64,000 nt of DNA, taken from Pseudomonadota bacterium. GTDB lineage: Bacteria; Pseudomonadota; Gammaproteobacteria; Burkholderiales; REEB80. Below the pieces are notes generated by a model, which did not search any database, was not told where the DNA came from, and saw only the letters and a list, made by a program, of their open reading frames with translations. Position numbers and translations under genes: made by a program. Below, in pieces: positions 32,704-41,627 of the stretch (positions within the stretch are counted from its first letter, which is position 1; the number at the start of each line of letters is the position of its first letter). The stretch is taken from contig JAGXAQ010000001.1 of the NCBI GenBank assembly GCA_018971485.1, positions 131,371-195,370 on the forward strand. The letters are read 5' to 3'.

Positions 32704-34035
32704 TCACCAGGTATGGTTGTATTGGAAAGCCACCACATTACCCTTTAAATTCATATTTCCGAGTAAATTTCCATTTGGAGACTGATTCAAGTCAACAGGC
32801 ATAGCATGGATAACGATGTGAGTTAATCCAAAATCTATCGAGTTTTGCCTTGAAGGCTTATAACGCGCTCCCATGGACAACCAGATTCTATTGTTATCAG
32901 GGATTCCTGGCTGGCCCTGCTGATCCTGAACGGGTGTTTCATCCCAGGCAACCCCCCCTCTTAGAAGCCATGAGTCACTTTCTTGATAAATCATTCCCAA
33001 TGAAACACGATAGGTATTACGCCAGTTCATTGGTATAACGGTTACAGGTTGTTGTGGGTTATTGTAACGAATATTGATCGCCTGAATACTGTCCCATCGA
33101 GTATAATCAACATCACCCAGCAAGATGATTCGCTTATTCTTAACTGGCTGACTAAAACTCAGACTCAAGGAATCTGGCGTCACCAAATCTGCTGATGCCC
33201 CTGTAGAAACAAAACTACCCCCTGCTGTTAATATCTGGGCATTAGCTGGAACAGTAAAATCAGCTGTACCAGTTAAATGGTACCGGATACGTGAGCGATA
33301 GTGAATGCCTATCCTCGCCCCCGAGGAAAATTCATGCCAGATTCCCAAATTATACCCCAAAGAGGTATCTCTACCCGAAATGGCTACCTGGCCATCCGCA
33401 TGCTGCGGGGCCAGGCCGAACCCATTGCAGGTAGCTGGACCTAACTGTCCGTAACAAACCGTTCCAAAATCAACCGCCCTGCTAAAATTCGCATTCCCCA
33501 TCTGAATATCCAACCCAACTCCCAAATAAGTCTCAGGATTTATGGCCAAAGCTAGAGAAGGTCCAATATTTACAGTTTTAAGTTCTGTTTTTTCAGCATA
33601 ATAGCGACCAACCCAGGATGTACCATAATTACTTTCAAGACCAAATGGGGCACTAACAGACAATCCAAGACGAGTACCATGAGAAACAGGCTTAACCAGA
33701 AAAAAACTTGGAAGCGAAGTATTGCTTGCTCCTTGATCCCCATTACCACCAATCATAGGCGCGCCCAACTGGGTAGATCCACTATTACTAAAATTTGCTC
33801 TAGGAAGCACAAATGACTCATTCAAGCTTAATGAATTATGTTTAATTGCCCCCATTGCAGCCGGATTGGCCCAAGCAGTTGTGGCTCCATCCAGACCCAC
33901 TCCTTGGCCAGCATAAGCATCTCCTAGTCCCGACGCCCCATATTCAAGAAGAGCAAACCCTGACGCATGAACAGTTGCACTCACTACAAGCAGAATACAA
34001 CCAAAAGCCGGACATTTACTCAAACCTGCTCCCAT
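32704..34035 (-). CDS. fadL: FadL/TodX-family outer-membrane hydrophobic-compound channel
   Basis: Signal peptide followed by the hatch motif SGFALLEYGASGLGDAYAG. Beta-barrel-like alternating pattern. Terminal aromatic residue (W). Confidence 0.88.
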   Translation of the reverse strand: MGAGLSKCPAFGCILLVVSATVHASGFALLEYGASGLGDAYAGQGVGLDGATTAWANPAAMGAIKHNSLSLNESFVLPRANFSNSGSTQLGAPMIGGNGDQGASNTSLPSFFLVKPVSHGTRLGLSVSAPFGLESNYGTSWVGRYYAEKTELKTVNIGPSLALAINPETYLGVGLDIQMGNANFSRAVDFGTVCYGQLGPATCNGFGLAPQHADGQVAISGRDTSLGYNLGIWHEFSSGARIGIHYRSRIRYHLTGTADFTVPANAQILTAGGSFVSTGASADLVTPDSLSLSFSQPVKNKRIILLGDVDYTRWDSIQAINIRYNNPQQPVTVIPMNWRNTYRVSLGMIYQESDSWLLRGGVAWDETPVQDQQGQPGIPDNNRIWLSMGARYKPSRQNSIDFGLTHIVIHAMPVDLNQSPNGNLLGNMNLKGNVVAFQYNHTW

Positions 34036-34073
34036 GTTCTACTCAATAAAAACAGAAGTTGAATTTAGTTATA

Positions 34074-36206
34074 TTACCCCTGTGCATCAACAAACATTGC
34101 AGATAAACGAGTGTAATTTATTTTCCCACTACCCAACAAAGGCATATCGCTAACGTAACGGATTTCCCTCGGCAAGGCAAGCTCAGAAAAACCAACCCTG
34201 TGAGCATGCTCAATCAACTGCTTTCTGGTTAAGGAAGTATCTGTTGTATAAAGAATAATAGCCTCTCCCCGCCCGGTTTGCCCACTATGGATCACACCAT
34301 GAAGATAATCCGCTGACAAGGAGGTGATAAATTGTTCAACAGCTTCTAAAGAAATCATCTCGCCAGCAATCTTGGCAAAACGGCGCAACCGCCCAATAAT
34401 TGATATAAACCCTTCGTCATCCACATGAACAATATCCCCAGTGCAATACCAGTCTCTATCCGGGCCGGGCCATCGACATAAACCCGGCATGTCATGATAA
34501 TAATATCCCAGCATCAAATTCGGCCCACGAACATAAAGTAAACCTGCATCCTTGATATCCTGTAGCGGCTCCACCTTAATGCTCATGTTCGGCATGGCCA
34601 TCCCAACAGTGCCCAAGCGGTATGCGGCAGGGCGATTGAGACTAATAACCGGCCCACATTCCGTCGTACCGTACCCTTCTATCAAGCGAAGGCCAAACTT
34701 TTCAAAATAAAGTCGAAACACTTCCGGCTGTAGCTTCTCACCACCAACCACGACATACCTTATTCGATAAAGATCCAGAGGGTGAGCAACTCTGGCATAT
34801 TGGCCAAGGAAAGTACTGGTCCCGAACAAAACGGTGGCATTTTGATGATAAACCAACTCAACTATTGTTCTAGCATGCAACGGTGATAAATAAAGAAAAA
34901 CCCTCACCCCATAAAGCAAAGGCATAAATGTTGCGCAATTAAGACTAAAAGCATGGAATAAAGGCAAAGCATTAAAAAACTTATCATTAGCATTAAAATC
35001 GATCATTGCACGCAATTGATGAATATTGCTCAATATTGCATGATGGCTTAAAAGAACCCCTTTTGGTGTTCCCTCAGATCCTGAAGTAAAAAGAACAATA
35101 GCTGCTTTTTGTGGGTCAGATTGTGCGCACAGCTTATACAATCTGAACCAGCGATCTATGAGCACCTCCAGTTTGTCCTGCAATCCAAAAGAAGCACGCA
35201 AATCTTCAAGAAAAATAACTTTTTTTCCCTCAATTGCCTTAAGATGTCGGTCAAGATGAGCTGCTTCAATAAATTGCCGGCTTGTGATAACAAGATTGAT
35301 TGCAGCAGTTTCTACCATCAGGGCGAGCCCTTTCGGGCCAGCAGTATAATTCATCATTGCTGGAACCCGATCAAACACGAACATACCCATTACAGAGGCT
35401 ACTGTTACCGCAGAATTCGGCAGCATAATACCAATAGTCTCACGGGACCCCGTTTGACGCTGAACATTTCTTCCTATTGCAAGTGCTAGCCGCCACATAT
35501 CACTGTAAGTCAAACGTCCAGTTCGGACATCCTCAATAATGGGCCGCTTCATTCCGAATAATTTTGAAGCGGCGAGCAGGGCTTGGGCTAAGTTCCTAGA
35601 CTGAAAGCTCTCGGCCAAAGCCCTTTCCATCATATTTCGCAAGTCATGGCCAAGCTGCCGATGTTTCTGCCGTGCGGTTCCAGAATTCGGCATGCACAAT
35701 TTTTGCGCGGAGCAAATATAAATTGTTACCCTGGGAAAATAAAGCTGGGGGTTTCGTCCTTTCAAATAGCTCAAACGGCTATATTGCAGGCCATCCAGAA
35801 TCACAGGAATGACTGTCGCTCCAGAACGAGCTGCTACAAATGCTGTGCCATTATAAATCTTCATCAATGATCCAGTTCGACTGATTCGCCCTTCTGGAAA
35901 GATAACAACTCTTTTCCCTGCATCTAATAACCTAATAACCGTTCTTGCAGCCATAGGATTGGAAGGATCAATTTGTATATGTTCAACTTGCCCAATCAGA
36001 AAACGGAAAATCGGTCGACGCATAATCTCTGGATTAACAACAAAGATAGTTCCTTTTGGCATAAGGAGCCGTATAAAAAAACCATCCCACAAGGCAGTAT
36101 GATTCGCTATAACCAGTGTCTGAGGCTGAAAAAGGCTATCCCTATCTCCTACTATTTCCAGGCGAAACAGGGCTCGAACTATCTTATACATCAAGGTCTC
36201 TAACAT
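34074..36206 (-). CDS. aas: bifunctional 2-acylglycerophosphoethanolamine acyltransferase / acyl-ACP synthetase (Aas-type)
   Basis: N-terminal PlsC motifs NHTALWDG (HX4D) and FPEGRISR. C-terminal adenylate-forming motifs TSGSEGTPKGV, GYGTTE and TGD. Size matches the E. coli Aas architecture. The ATG at 36206 has a GGAAGGA RBS and is preferred over the GTG at 36221. Confidence 0.85.
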   Translation of the reverse strand: MLETLMYKIVRALFRLEIVGDRDSLFQPQTLVIANHTALWDGFFIRLLMPKGTIFVVNPEIMRRPIFRFLIGQVEHIQIDPSNPMAARTVIRLLDAGKRVVIFPEGRISRTGSLMKIYNGTAFVAARSGATVIPVILDGLQYSRLSYLKGRNPQLYFPRVTIYICSAQKLCMPNSGTARQKHRQLGHDLRNMMERALAESFQSRNLAQALLAASKLFGMKRPIIEDVRTGRLTYSDMWRLALAIGRNVQRQTGSRETIGIMLPNSAVTVASVMGMFVFDRVPAMMNYTAGPKGLALMVETAAINLVITSRQFIEAAHLDRHLKAIEGKKVIFLEDLRASFGLQDKLEVLIDRWFRLYKLCAQSDPQKAAIVLFTSGSEGTPKGVLLSHHAILSNIHQLRAMIDFNANDKFFNALPLFHAFSLNCATFMPLLYGVRVFLYLSPLHARTIVELVYHQNATVLFGTSTFLGQYARVAHPLDLYRIRYVVVGGEKLQPEVFRLYFEKFGLRLIEGYGTTECGPVISLNRPAAYRLGTVGMAMPNMSIKVEPLQDIKDAGLLYVRGPNLMLGYYYHDMPGLCRWPGPDRDWYCTGDIVHVDDEGFISIIGRLRRFAKIAGEMISLEAVEQFITSLSADYLHGVIHSGQTGRGEAIILYTTDTSLTRKQLIEHAHRVGFSELALPREIRYVSDMPLLGSGKINYTRLSAMFVDAQG

Positions 36207-36265
36207 AATCCTTCCATGCACACTGCTTCATAACATTCCCGGTCCTAAAAAACGACATCGGGTAC

Positions 36266-36294
36266 ATAACAAATAAAACCTGACAAACTGTCAA
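36266..36294 (-). promoter_or_regulatory. putative sigma70 promoter of aas, overlapped by a palindrome
   Basis: Minus strand reads TTGACA (36294-36289), 17 nt, TGTTAT (36271-36266). The palindrome TGACA-N3-TGTCA (36281-36293) overlaps the -35 element and spacer. Confidence 0.45.
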
Positions 36295-36369
36295 GTTTGA
36301 TTTTTTTTACTATTTGATCTTCAATGAAAATCTGTCATCCGCAACTTAATATTTGATAAGGGGAATATC

Positions 36370-37293
36370 ATGAATATGCGCGTTGCAGTCGAAAACCTCA
36401 GCCCCAGCACACCGTTTGCAGGAACTGAATATGAAGATAGAATTGATTATCTGTTCTCTCCTCAATTAAATGCCAGCTATAGCAAATCACAACACACTAT
36501 GTGGCTTAGGCTAAACCCCTCGCCACGTCCCTGCTTTAATCTTGATTTATTGCAGGATCTCCACGATTATACTTCGCTTATAGATGAAAGTAAGGCAAGC
36601 ATCGTCGCAGCCACACAAACATGGCCCATTGAATATACCGTACTTGCTTCGTCTACTTCTGGAGTTTTTAATCTAGGCGGGGATTTACACCTGTTCATGG
36701 AACTCATAGAAACCCAAAACCGCCCGGCTTTAAGCTTGTACGGACGTGCATGCATAAATGTTCTATATCGTAATTATTGCGGTTACGATCTCCCTCTTAC
36801 AACCATTTCCCTCGTTCAGGGAGAATGCCTGGGAGGCGGATTTGAAGCTGCGCTGTCAAGTGAAGTTATTATTGCGGAAGAACATAGTCGATTTGGATTC
36901 CCGGAAATCCTCTTCAATCTTTTTCCGGGAATGGGGGCTTACTCCTTCCTTTCTCGCCGATGTGGCCAGCGATTGACAGATGAAATTATCAGTAGTGGTA
37001 AAATTTACTCTGCGCAAGAAATGCTTGAAATGGGTATTATTGACCAAGTAGTATTCTCCGGAGAGGGGGAGAAACAGGTTTTGGAATTAATCGAATCCAG
37101 AAAAAGATTTCACAATGGATTAGTTGGATTGTCTTCTGCTCGCCGCCGCGCCCAGAATTTAAAGTATCAGGAGTTACTCGACATTGTTGAAGCATGGGTT
37201 GATTGTGCCTTGCGCTTAACCTGCCGGGATCTTAAACTGATGAAGCGACTCGTAAGCCGACAAAATGAAATTCCTACCGCAAAGGCAGCTTAA
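36370..37293 (+). CDS. rpfF: RpfF-like DSF-family signal synthase (crotonase fold)
   Basis: Motifs FNLGGDLHLF, LGGGFEAALS and GFPEILFNLFPGMGAYSF. The Glu in GGGFE and the Glu in FPE are 20 residues apart, as in the catalytic pair of Xanthomonas RpfF. AAGGGGA RBS. A PAS-GGDEF-EAL gene follows. Confidence 0.8.
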   Translation: MNMRVAVENLSPSTPFAGTEYEDRIDYLFSPQLNASYSKSQHTMWLRLNPSPRPCFNLDLLQDLHDYTSLIDESKASIVAATQTWPIEYTVLASSTSGVFNLGGDLHLFMELIETQNRPALSLYGRACINVLYRNYCGYDLPLTTISLVQGECLGGGFEAALSSEVIIAEEHSRFGFPEILFNLFPGMGAYSFLSRRCGQRLTDEIISSGKIYSAQEMLEMGIIDQVVFSGEGEKQVLELIESRKRFHNGLVGLSSARRRAQNLKYQELLDIVEAWVDCALRLTCRDLKLMKRLVSRQNEIPTAKAA

Positions 37294-37316
37294 AATAAGA
37301 ACTATCGGAGGTAAGC

Positions 37317-39254
37317 ATGCTCAATTCATTTGCTGAATATACTATTCAGGAGGCTGCCGCATTACTTGGCATTCCAGTATATAAGCTCCGACGCTGGGAC
37401 AACCTGGGGATTCTGGAAGCACGCCGGACTCATGGGGGACACCGAAGATACCCACGCGAGGCGATCGATGCGCTTCATTCCAATCTCATTATTCTGGCCC
37501 AGAATAAAAACAGCGGTGAACTCTCTACCATCAAACAGACCCTGGAAGAAAAACGACGAATCATCGAGCTACTTATTGAAAGTGAACGACGCTATCGCGA
37601 TCTAGTTGAAACCTCACATGACTTAATCTGGTCAACAGACGCCCAAGGCCGGTTTACTTACCTAAATTGCGCAGCAGAAGATATCTTTGGCCGCAAGCCG
37701 GAACATTTAATCGGTCGATGTTTTTTCGATTTTGAAGCAACAGTTTCACATGTGGCAAATAGACGCTTTCTGTCTACACTTCGAAATAAGGGCCAGATCC
37801 TTAATTACGTCACAAAAGTTATTCTGCCTAATGAGAGTGAACGCTGGGTAGGAATCAATGCGCGAACCATTACTGATTCCAATGGACAGATGATCGGGAT
37901 TCGAGGAACAGCCCGGGATATTACAGAACAACACCTAGCCACTGCAAAAATTGAACATTTAGCCAAACACGATCCATTAACTGACCTTCCTAATCGTTTC
38001 GCCCTTCAACAGTCCCTTGAAAATGAAGTGGGTCTTGGGGCAATCGGAGCAATTATTTTCATAGATATTGATCATTTCAAATACATTAATGACAATTTTG
38101 GTCATCCTGCCGGAGATAAGCTTATCATAGGAATTGGCTCTGTTTTACGAGATGCCATGTCCACATTTGAAGCATCAGTTTATCGTATTGGTGGAGATGA
38201 GTTTGCAATTCATCTTCCTAACTGCCTAAGACAACTAGCCATTTCTGCAGCGGAAAATATTCTTAATGCAGTACGCCATTACAGCATGGTTCATAATGCA
38301 AGTTCACGAATTGCCAATCTAACAGTCTCAATGGGTATCGCTCTTTATCCTTTTCACGGCGATAATGCTGCCTCATTATTCAGCAATGCTGATATTGCAA
38401 TGTACCAAGCCAAAGAAATAGGTCGCAACCGCTATATCCTTTTCGATCAAAATGCGCACCATCTTAAAAATGTTCATACCCGGATACATTGGGCCAAAAT
38501 TCTCCGGGACGCGCTGGATGAAAATCGATTACTGCTTTTTACCCAACCTATTATATGTCTGGATGGCCTAAATACAGACCACCATGAAGTTCTGGTTAGA
38601 ATCAGTACACCTGAAGGACGCATGCTTCCTCCCAGAGAATTTATTGAAATTGCTGAAGCCTCAGGATTAATCCAGGAAATTGACTTGACTGTTATTACCA
38701 CACTTATTCAATATCTTAATAAACACCCCGGTAATAACCGAAAATACTTTGTCAATCTATCCCGGTTAAGCATTTCCGATCCCCAATGGGTAAAACAGTT
38801 TTTAAGCTTGCTAACCCAGAGTAATATTGATCCGGCAAGACTGGTTTTTGAAATTACAGAAACTGCAGCCATGACCGAAATTGATGTCACCCAGGGGTTT
38901 ATTCTACAACTTAAAACCATGGGATATCGTTTCGCACTGGATGATTTTGGAGCCGGGTTCAGCTCATTTTATTATTTAAAACGTTTTGATGTCGACTACA
39001 TCAAAATAGATGGAAGCTTCGTTCGAGGACTCACTACTGATAATACCAACCAGCTTTTTATTAAGGCACTCATTGATGTAGCAAAAGGACTGGATAAAAT
39101 TATCATTGCTGAATGTGTTGAAACTAAAGCTGAGCTGAGTCTTTTACGTCATTTAGGAGCACATTTCGTGCAAGGGTATCTTTTTGCTCATCCTAAACCT
39201 ATCCAGGAAGAACTTGAGGATAAAACATTTAATGAAGCCCTGCTGTTAGGCTAA
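37317..39254 (+). CDS. MerR-type HTH / PAS / GGDEF / EAL multidomain protein (RpfR-like position)
   Basis: N-terminal YTIQEAAALLGIPVYKLRRWDNLGILEARRTHGGHRRY (MerR-like HTH), then PAS. Intact GGDEF (RIGGDEF, nt 38190-38204). EAL signature set present: EVL, EITE, DDFGAG, KIDGSF, ECVE, QGYLF. GGAGG RBS. Confidence 0.88.
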   Translation: MLNSFAEYTIQEAAALLGIPVYKLRRWDNLGILEARRTHGGHRRYPREAIDALHSNLIILAQNKNSGELSTIKQTLEEKRRIIELLIESERRYRDLVETSHDLIWSTDAQGRFTYLNCAAEDIFGRKPEHLIGRCFFDFEATVSHVANRRFLSTLRNKGQILNYVTKVILPNESERWVGINARTITDSNGQMIGIRGTARDITEQHLATAKIEHLAKHDPLTDLPNRFALQQSLENEVGLGAIGAIIFIDIDHFKYINDNFGHPAGDKLIIGIGSVLRDAMSTFEASVYRIGGDEFAIHLPNCLRQLAISAAENILNAVRHYSMVHNASSRIANLTVSMGIALYPFHGDNAASLFSNADIAMYQAKEIGRNRYILFDQNAHHLKNVHTRIHWAKILRDALDENRLLLFTQPIICLDGLNTDHHEVLVRISTPEGRMLPPREFIEIAEASGLIQEIDLTVITTLIQYLNKHPGNNRKYFVNLSRLSISDPQWVKQFLSLLTQSNIDPARLVFEITETAAMTEIDVTQGFILQLKTMGYRFALDDFGAGFSSFYYLKRFDVDYIKIDGSFVRGLTTDNTNQLFIKALIDVAKGLDKIIIAECVETKAELSLLRHLGAHFVQGYLFAHPKPIQEELEDKTFNEALLLG

Positions 39255-40240
39255 AGACCATCAGGTTCAATAAAGGATAGACCCTGCTTTAAAACTTCGA
39301 TTCCTGCACCGGGTCGATAGGCATGCTCTGAAATATAACGACGAAACGCACCAGCCCCGCGACAGCCATGAAACAACCCCAAAAGATGCCTCGACATCTT
39401 GGACAAGCCTACGCCTAACAAAAGCTGTTGTTCAACATACGAGAGGAAGTCATAAAAAATGTCCATACGACTTTTAACTACAGCCTGCGGATCATAGAGA
39501 AGTTGATCTGCACGAGCCAATAGATAAGGATTCTCATAAGCCGCCCTGCCCATCATTACCCCATCCAAAACATCCAGATGTTCACAGGCTTGTTCTAAAG
39601 ACTGAATCCCGCCATTCAGGACAAATTTTAATTCTGGAAAATCTTCTTTTAATTTATACACGACAGTATAGTTTAAGGGTGGAATCTCACGGTTTTGCTT
39701 CGGACTCAACCCTTTTAGCCAGGCTTTTCTCGCATGGATAACAAAAGTCCGGCATCCACCATTAGCAACGATTTCTACAAATCTTCGAACAAACCCATAA
39801 TCGTCATATTCATCAATGCCAATTCGGGTTTTAACCGTCACATCAAGTGATACAACCGATCGAATCGCTTCAACACAATCTGCCACAAGTCTTGGCTCAT
39901 GCATCAGACAAGCGCCGAACTTTCCCATTTGCACCCGATCCGACGGGCAACCAACATTCAGATTAATCCCGATATACCCACAGTTCTCAACCAAATGTGC
40001 ACACCGGGATAATGCATGCGGATCCGCTCCACCTAGCTGTAAGACCACCGGGTGCTCTCTTTGATCATGCTGCAATAAATATTCCGCATCTCCATGTAGA
40101 AGTGCATTTACTGTAATCATTTCTGTATAAAGAAGCACATGATGACTGATAAGCCGGAGAAAAAAACGCTCATGGCGATCCGTTAAACCCATCATTGGTG
40201 CTATAGACAACATGGCATCACTTTCAATCGTGACTCGCAT
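39251..40240 (-). CDS. dusA: tRNA dihydrouridine(20/20a) synthase DusA
   Basis: LSIAPMMGLTDRH N-terminal motif and the NLNVGCP catalytic-Cys region. Start is either 40240 (17-nt overlap with the kinase gene) or the ATG at 40213. Confidence 0.9.
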   Translation of the reverse strand: MRVTIESDAMLSIAPMMGLTDRHERFFLRLISHHVLLYTEMITVNALLHGDAEYLLQHDQREHPVVLQLGGADPHALSRCAHLVENCGYIGINLNVGCPSDRVQMGKFGACLMHEPRLVADCVEAIRSVVSLDVTVKTRIGIDEYDDYGFVRRFVEIVANGGCRTFVIHARKAWLKGLSPKQNREIPPLNYTVVYKLKEDFPELKFVLNGGIQSLEQACEHLDVLDGVMMGRAAYENPYLLARADQLLYDPQAVVKSRMDIFYDFLSYVEQQLLLGVGLSKMSRHLLGLFHGCRGAGAFRRYISEHAYRPGAGIEVLKQGLSFIEPDGL

Positions 40241-41621
40241 AACACGGGATCAGTATCTTTACCCTCGTGCCATAAAATTCTGGCAGGCTTTCAAGCATTA
40301 CCTGAGCATGATGCATCTGGACAATTTCCTGGACAATTGCAAGCCCCAAACCACTCCCCCCCCGATTACTTCCCAAAATACTATAAAACCTGTCAAACAC
40401 ACGACGGTGTTCTTCACGTGGTATTCCCGGCCCATTATCTTCTACCTGAACCAACCAATTGGTTTCCTGCCTGTCAAGATGAACCGTCACGTTACCTCCA
40501 CCCTGGGTATATCGAATCGCATTATCAATAAGATTACTTACCATTTCCCTTAACAAAACCTCATTACCCCACACATAAGCTGGTCCATCAATTTTTGTTT
40601 CAAAACCTAAGTCCAGCTCATTGTCCAATGCCTTGGGCACCCATTCCCCTGTGATCTCCCTTAGAATCAAGAGCAAATCCAGCTTGGCAAAAGAAACTTT
40701 TCGCTCGTGAGGTTCTGCCCTTGCCAAGGACAAAAGCTGGTTAACTAGATGTACACTTCGTTCTCCACTATGGTGAAGCAGCAGTAAAACTTGCCTTAAT
40801 TCGTGAGGATCCGTTTCCCGCAGGGCAAGCTCCGTTTGTGTTTTTAATCCGGCTAAAGGCGTTCGCAACTGATGCGCAGCATCAGCAATAAAACGCTGCC
40901 TTGCTGCCAGCACCTGCCTGATTTCTATTAACAATCGATTAAATTCTTCAACGAGCGAAACAAGTTCATTTGGGGTATCCAGAATATTAATGGGTTCTAA
41001 ATCTTGTGGGCCACGACTGGCCACCTCTTTTTGCAGCCTCCAAAGTGGTTTTAACCCTCTACTTACTGCATACCAAACTAACAATAGAGTCAAGGCAATA
41101 CTGGCCAGTCTTGGCACAATCAGGCCTGAAAGAATCTCCCTGCCCATTAACTGCCGTTTAACCAAAGTCTCAGCCAGCTCAACCATGACTTTTCTTTTGG
41201 GATGATATCGATTCGGTATGACTGTCATGGCCACCACACGAACAGGTATCCCATTATATTGCCCATTAAAAAATATGTGGTGATTGGGTCCTGGGAGTAT
41301 TGTCGGGAGCGGGAGACCAGCATATCCTGCAACCAAATCTCCATTTGGTCGGTTAATCATGTAATACATGCGATCGTACTGGTCTTCATTCAAAACATCG
41401 AGAGCCATCTTGGGTAAATGAGCAATAATGATTCCATGACTAACTATAATCTGCTTTGATAATGTCATTGCCGTATTCAGGAGAGAACGGTCATATGCAT
41501 CATTCGTGAACTGTACCGAGATCTGATATGCCCACCAAGCAGAAAGCAGCCAAATAATTAGAAGTGGCAAAACAAGCCATAAAAGTAAGCGCTTACGTAA
41601 AGAAAATTGGGGCTGAGCCAT
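40224..41621 (-). CDS. sensor histidine kinase (QseC/TctE-like)
   Basis: Two TM segments flank a periplasmic loop. H-box AAHQLRTPL, N-box DNAIRYT, G-boxes DNGPGIP and GGSGLGLAIV. Confidence 0.9.
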   Translation of the reverse strand: MAQPQFSLRKRLLLWLVLPLLIIWLLSAWWAYQISVQFTNDAYDRSLLNTAMTLSKQIIVSHGIIIAHLPKMALDVLNEDQYDRMYYMINRPNGDLVAGYAGLPLPTILPGPNHHIFFNGQYNGIPVRVVAMTVIPNRYHPKRKVMVELAETLVKRQLMGREILSGLIVPRLASIALTLLLVWYAVSRGLKPLWRLQKEVASRGPQDLEPINILDTPNELVSLVEEFNRLLIEIRQVLAARQRFIADAAHQLRTPLAGLKTQTELALRETDPHELRQVLLLLHHSGERSVHLVNQLLSLARAEPHERKVSFAKLDLLLILREITGEWVPKALDNELDLGFETKIDGPAYVWGNEVLLREMVSNLIDNAIRYTQGGGNVTVHLDRQETNWLVQVEDNGPGIPREEHRRVFDRFYSILGSNRGGSGLGLAIVQEIVQMHHAQVMLESLPEFYGTRVKILIPCYASHD

Positions 41622-41627
41622 TGGTAG

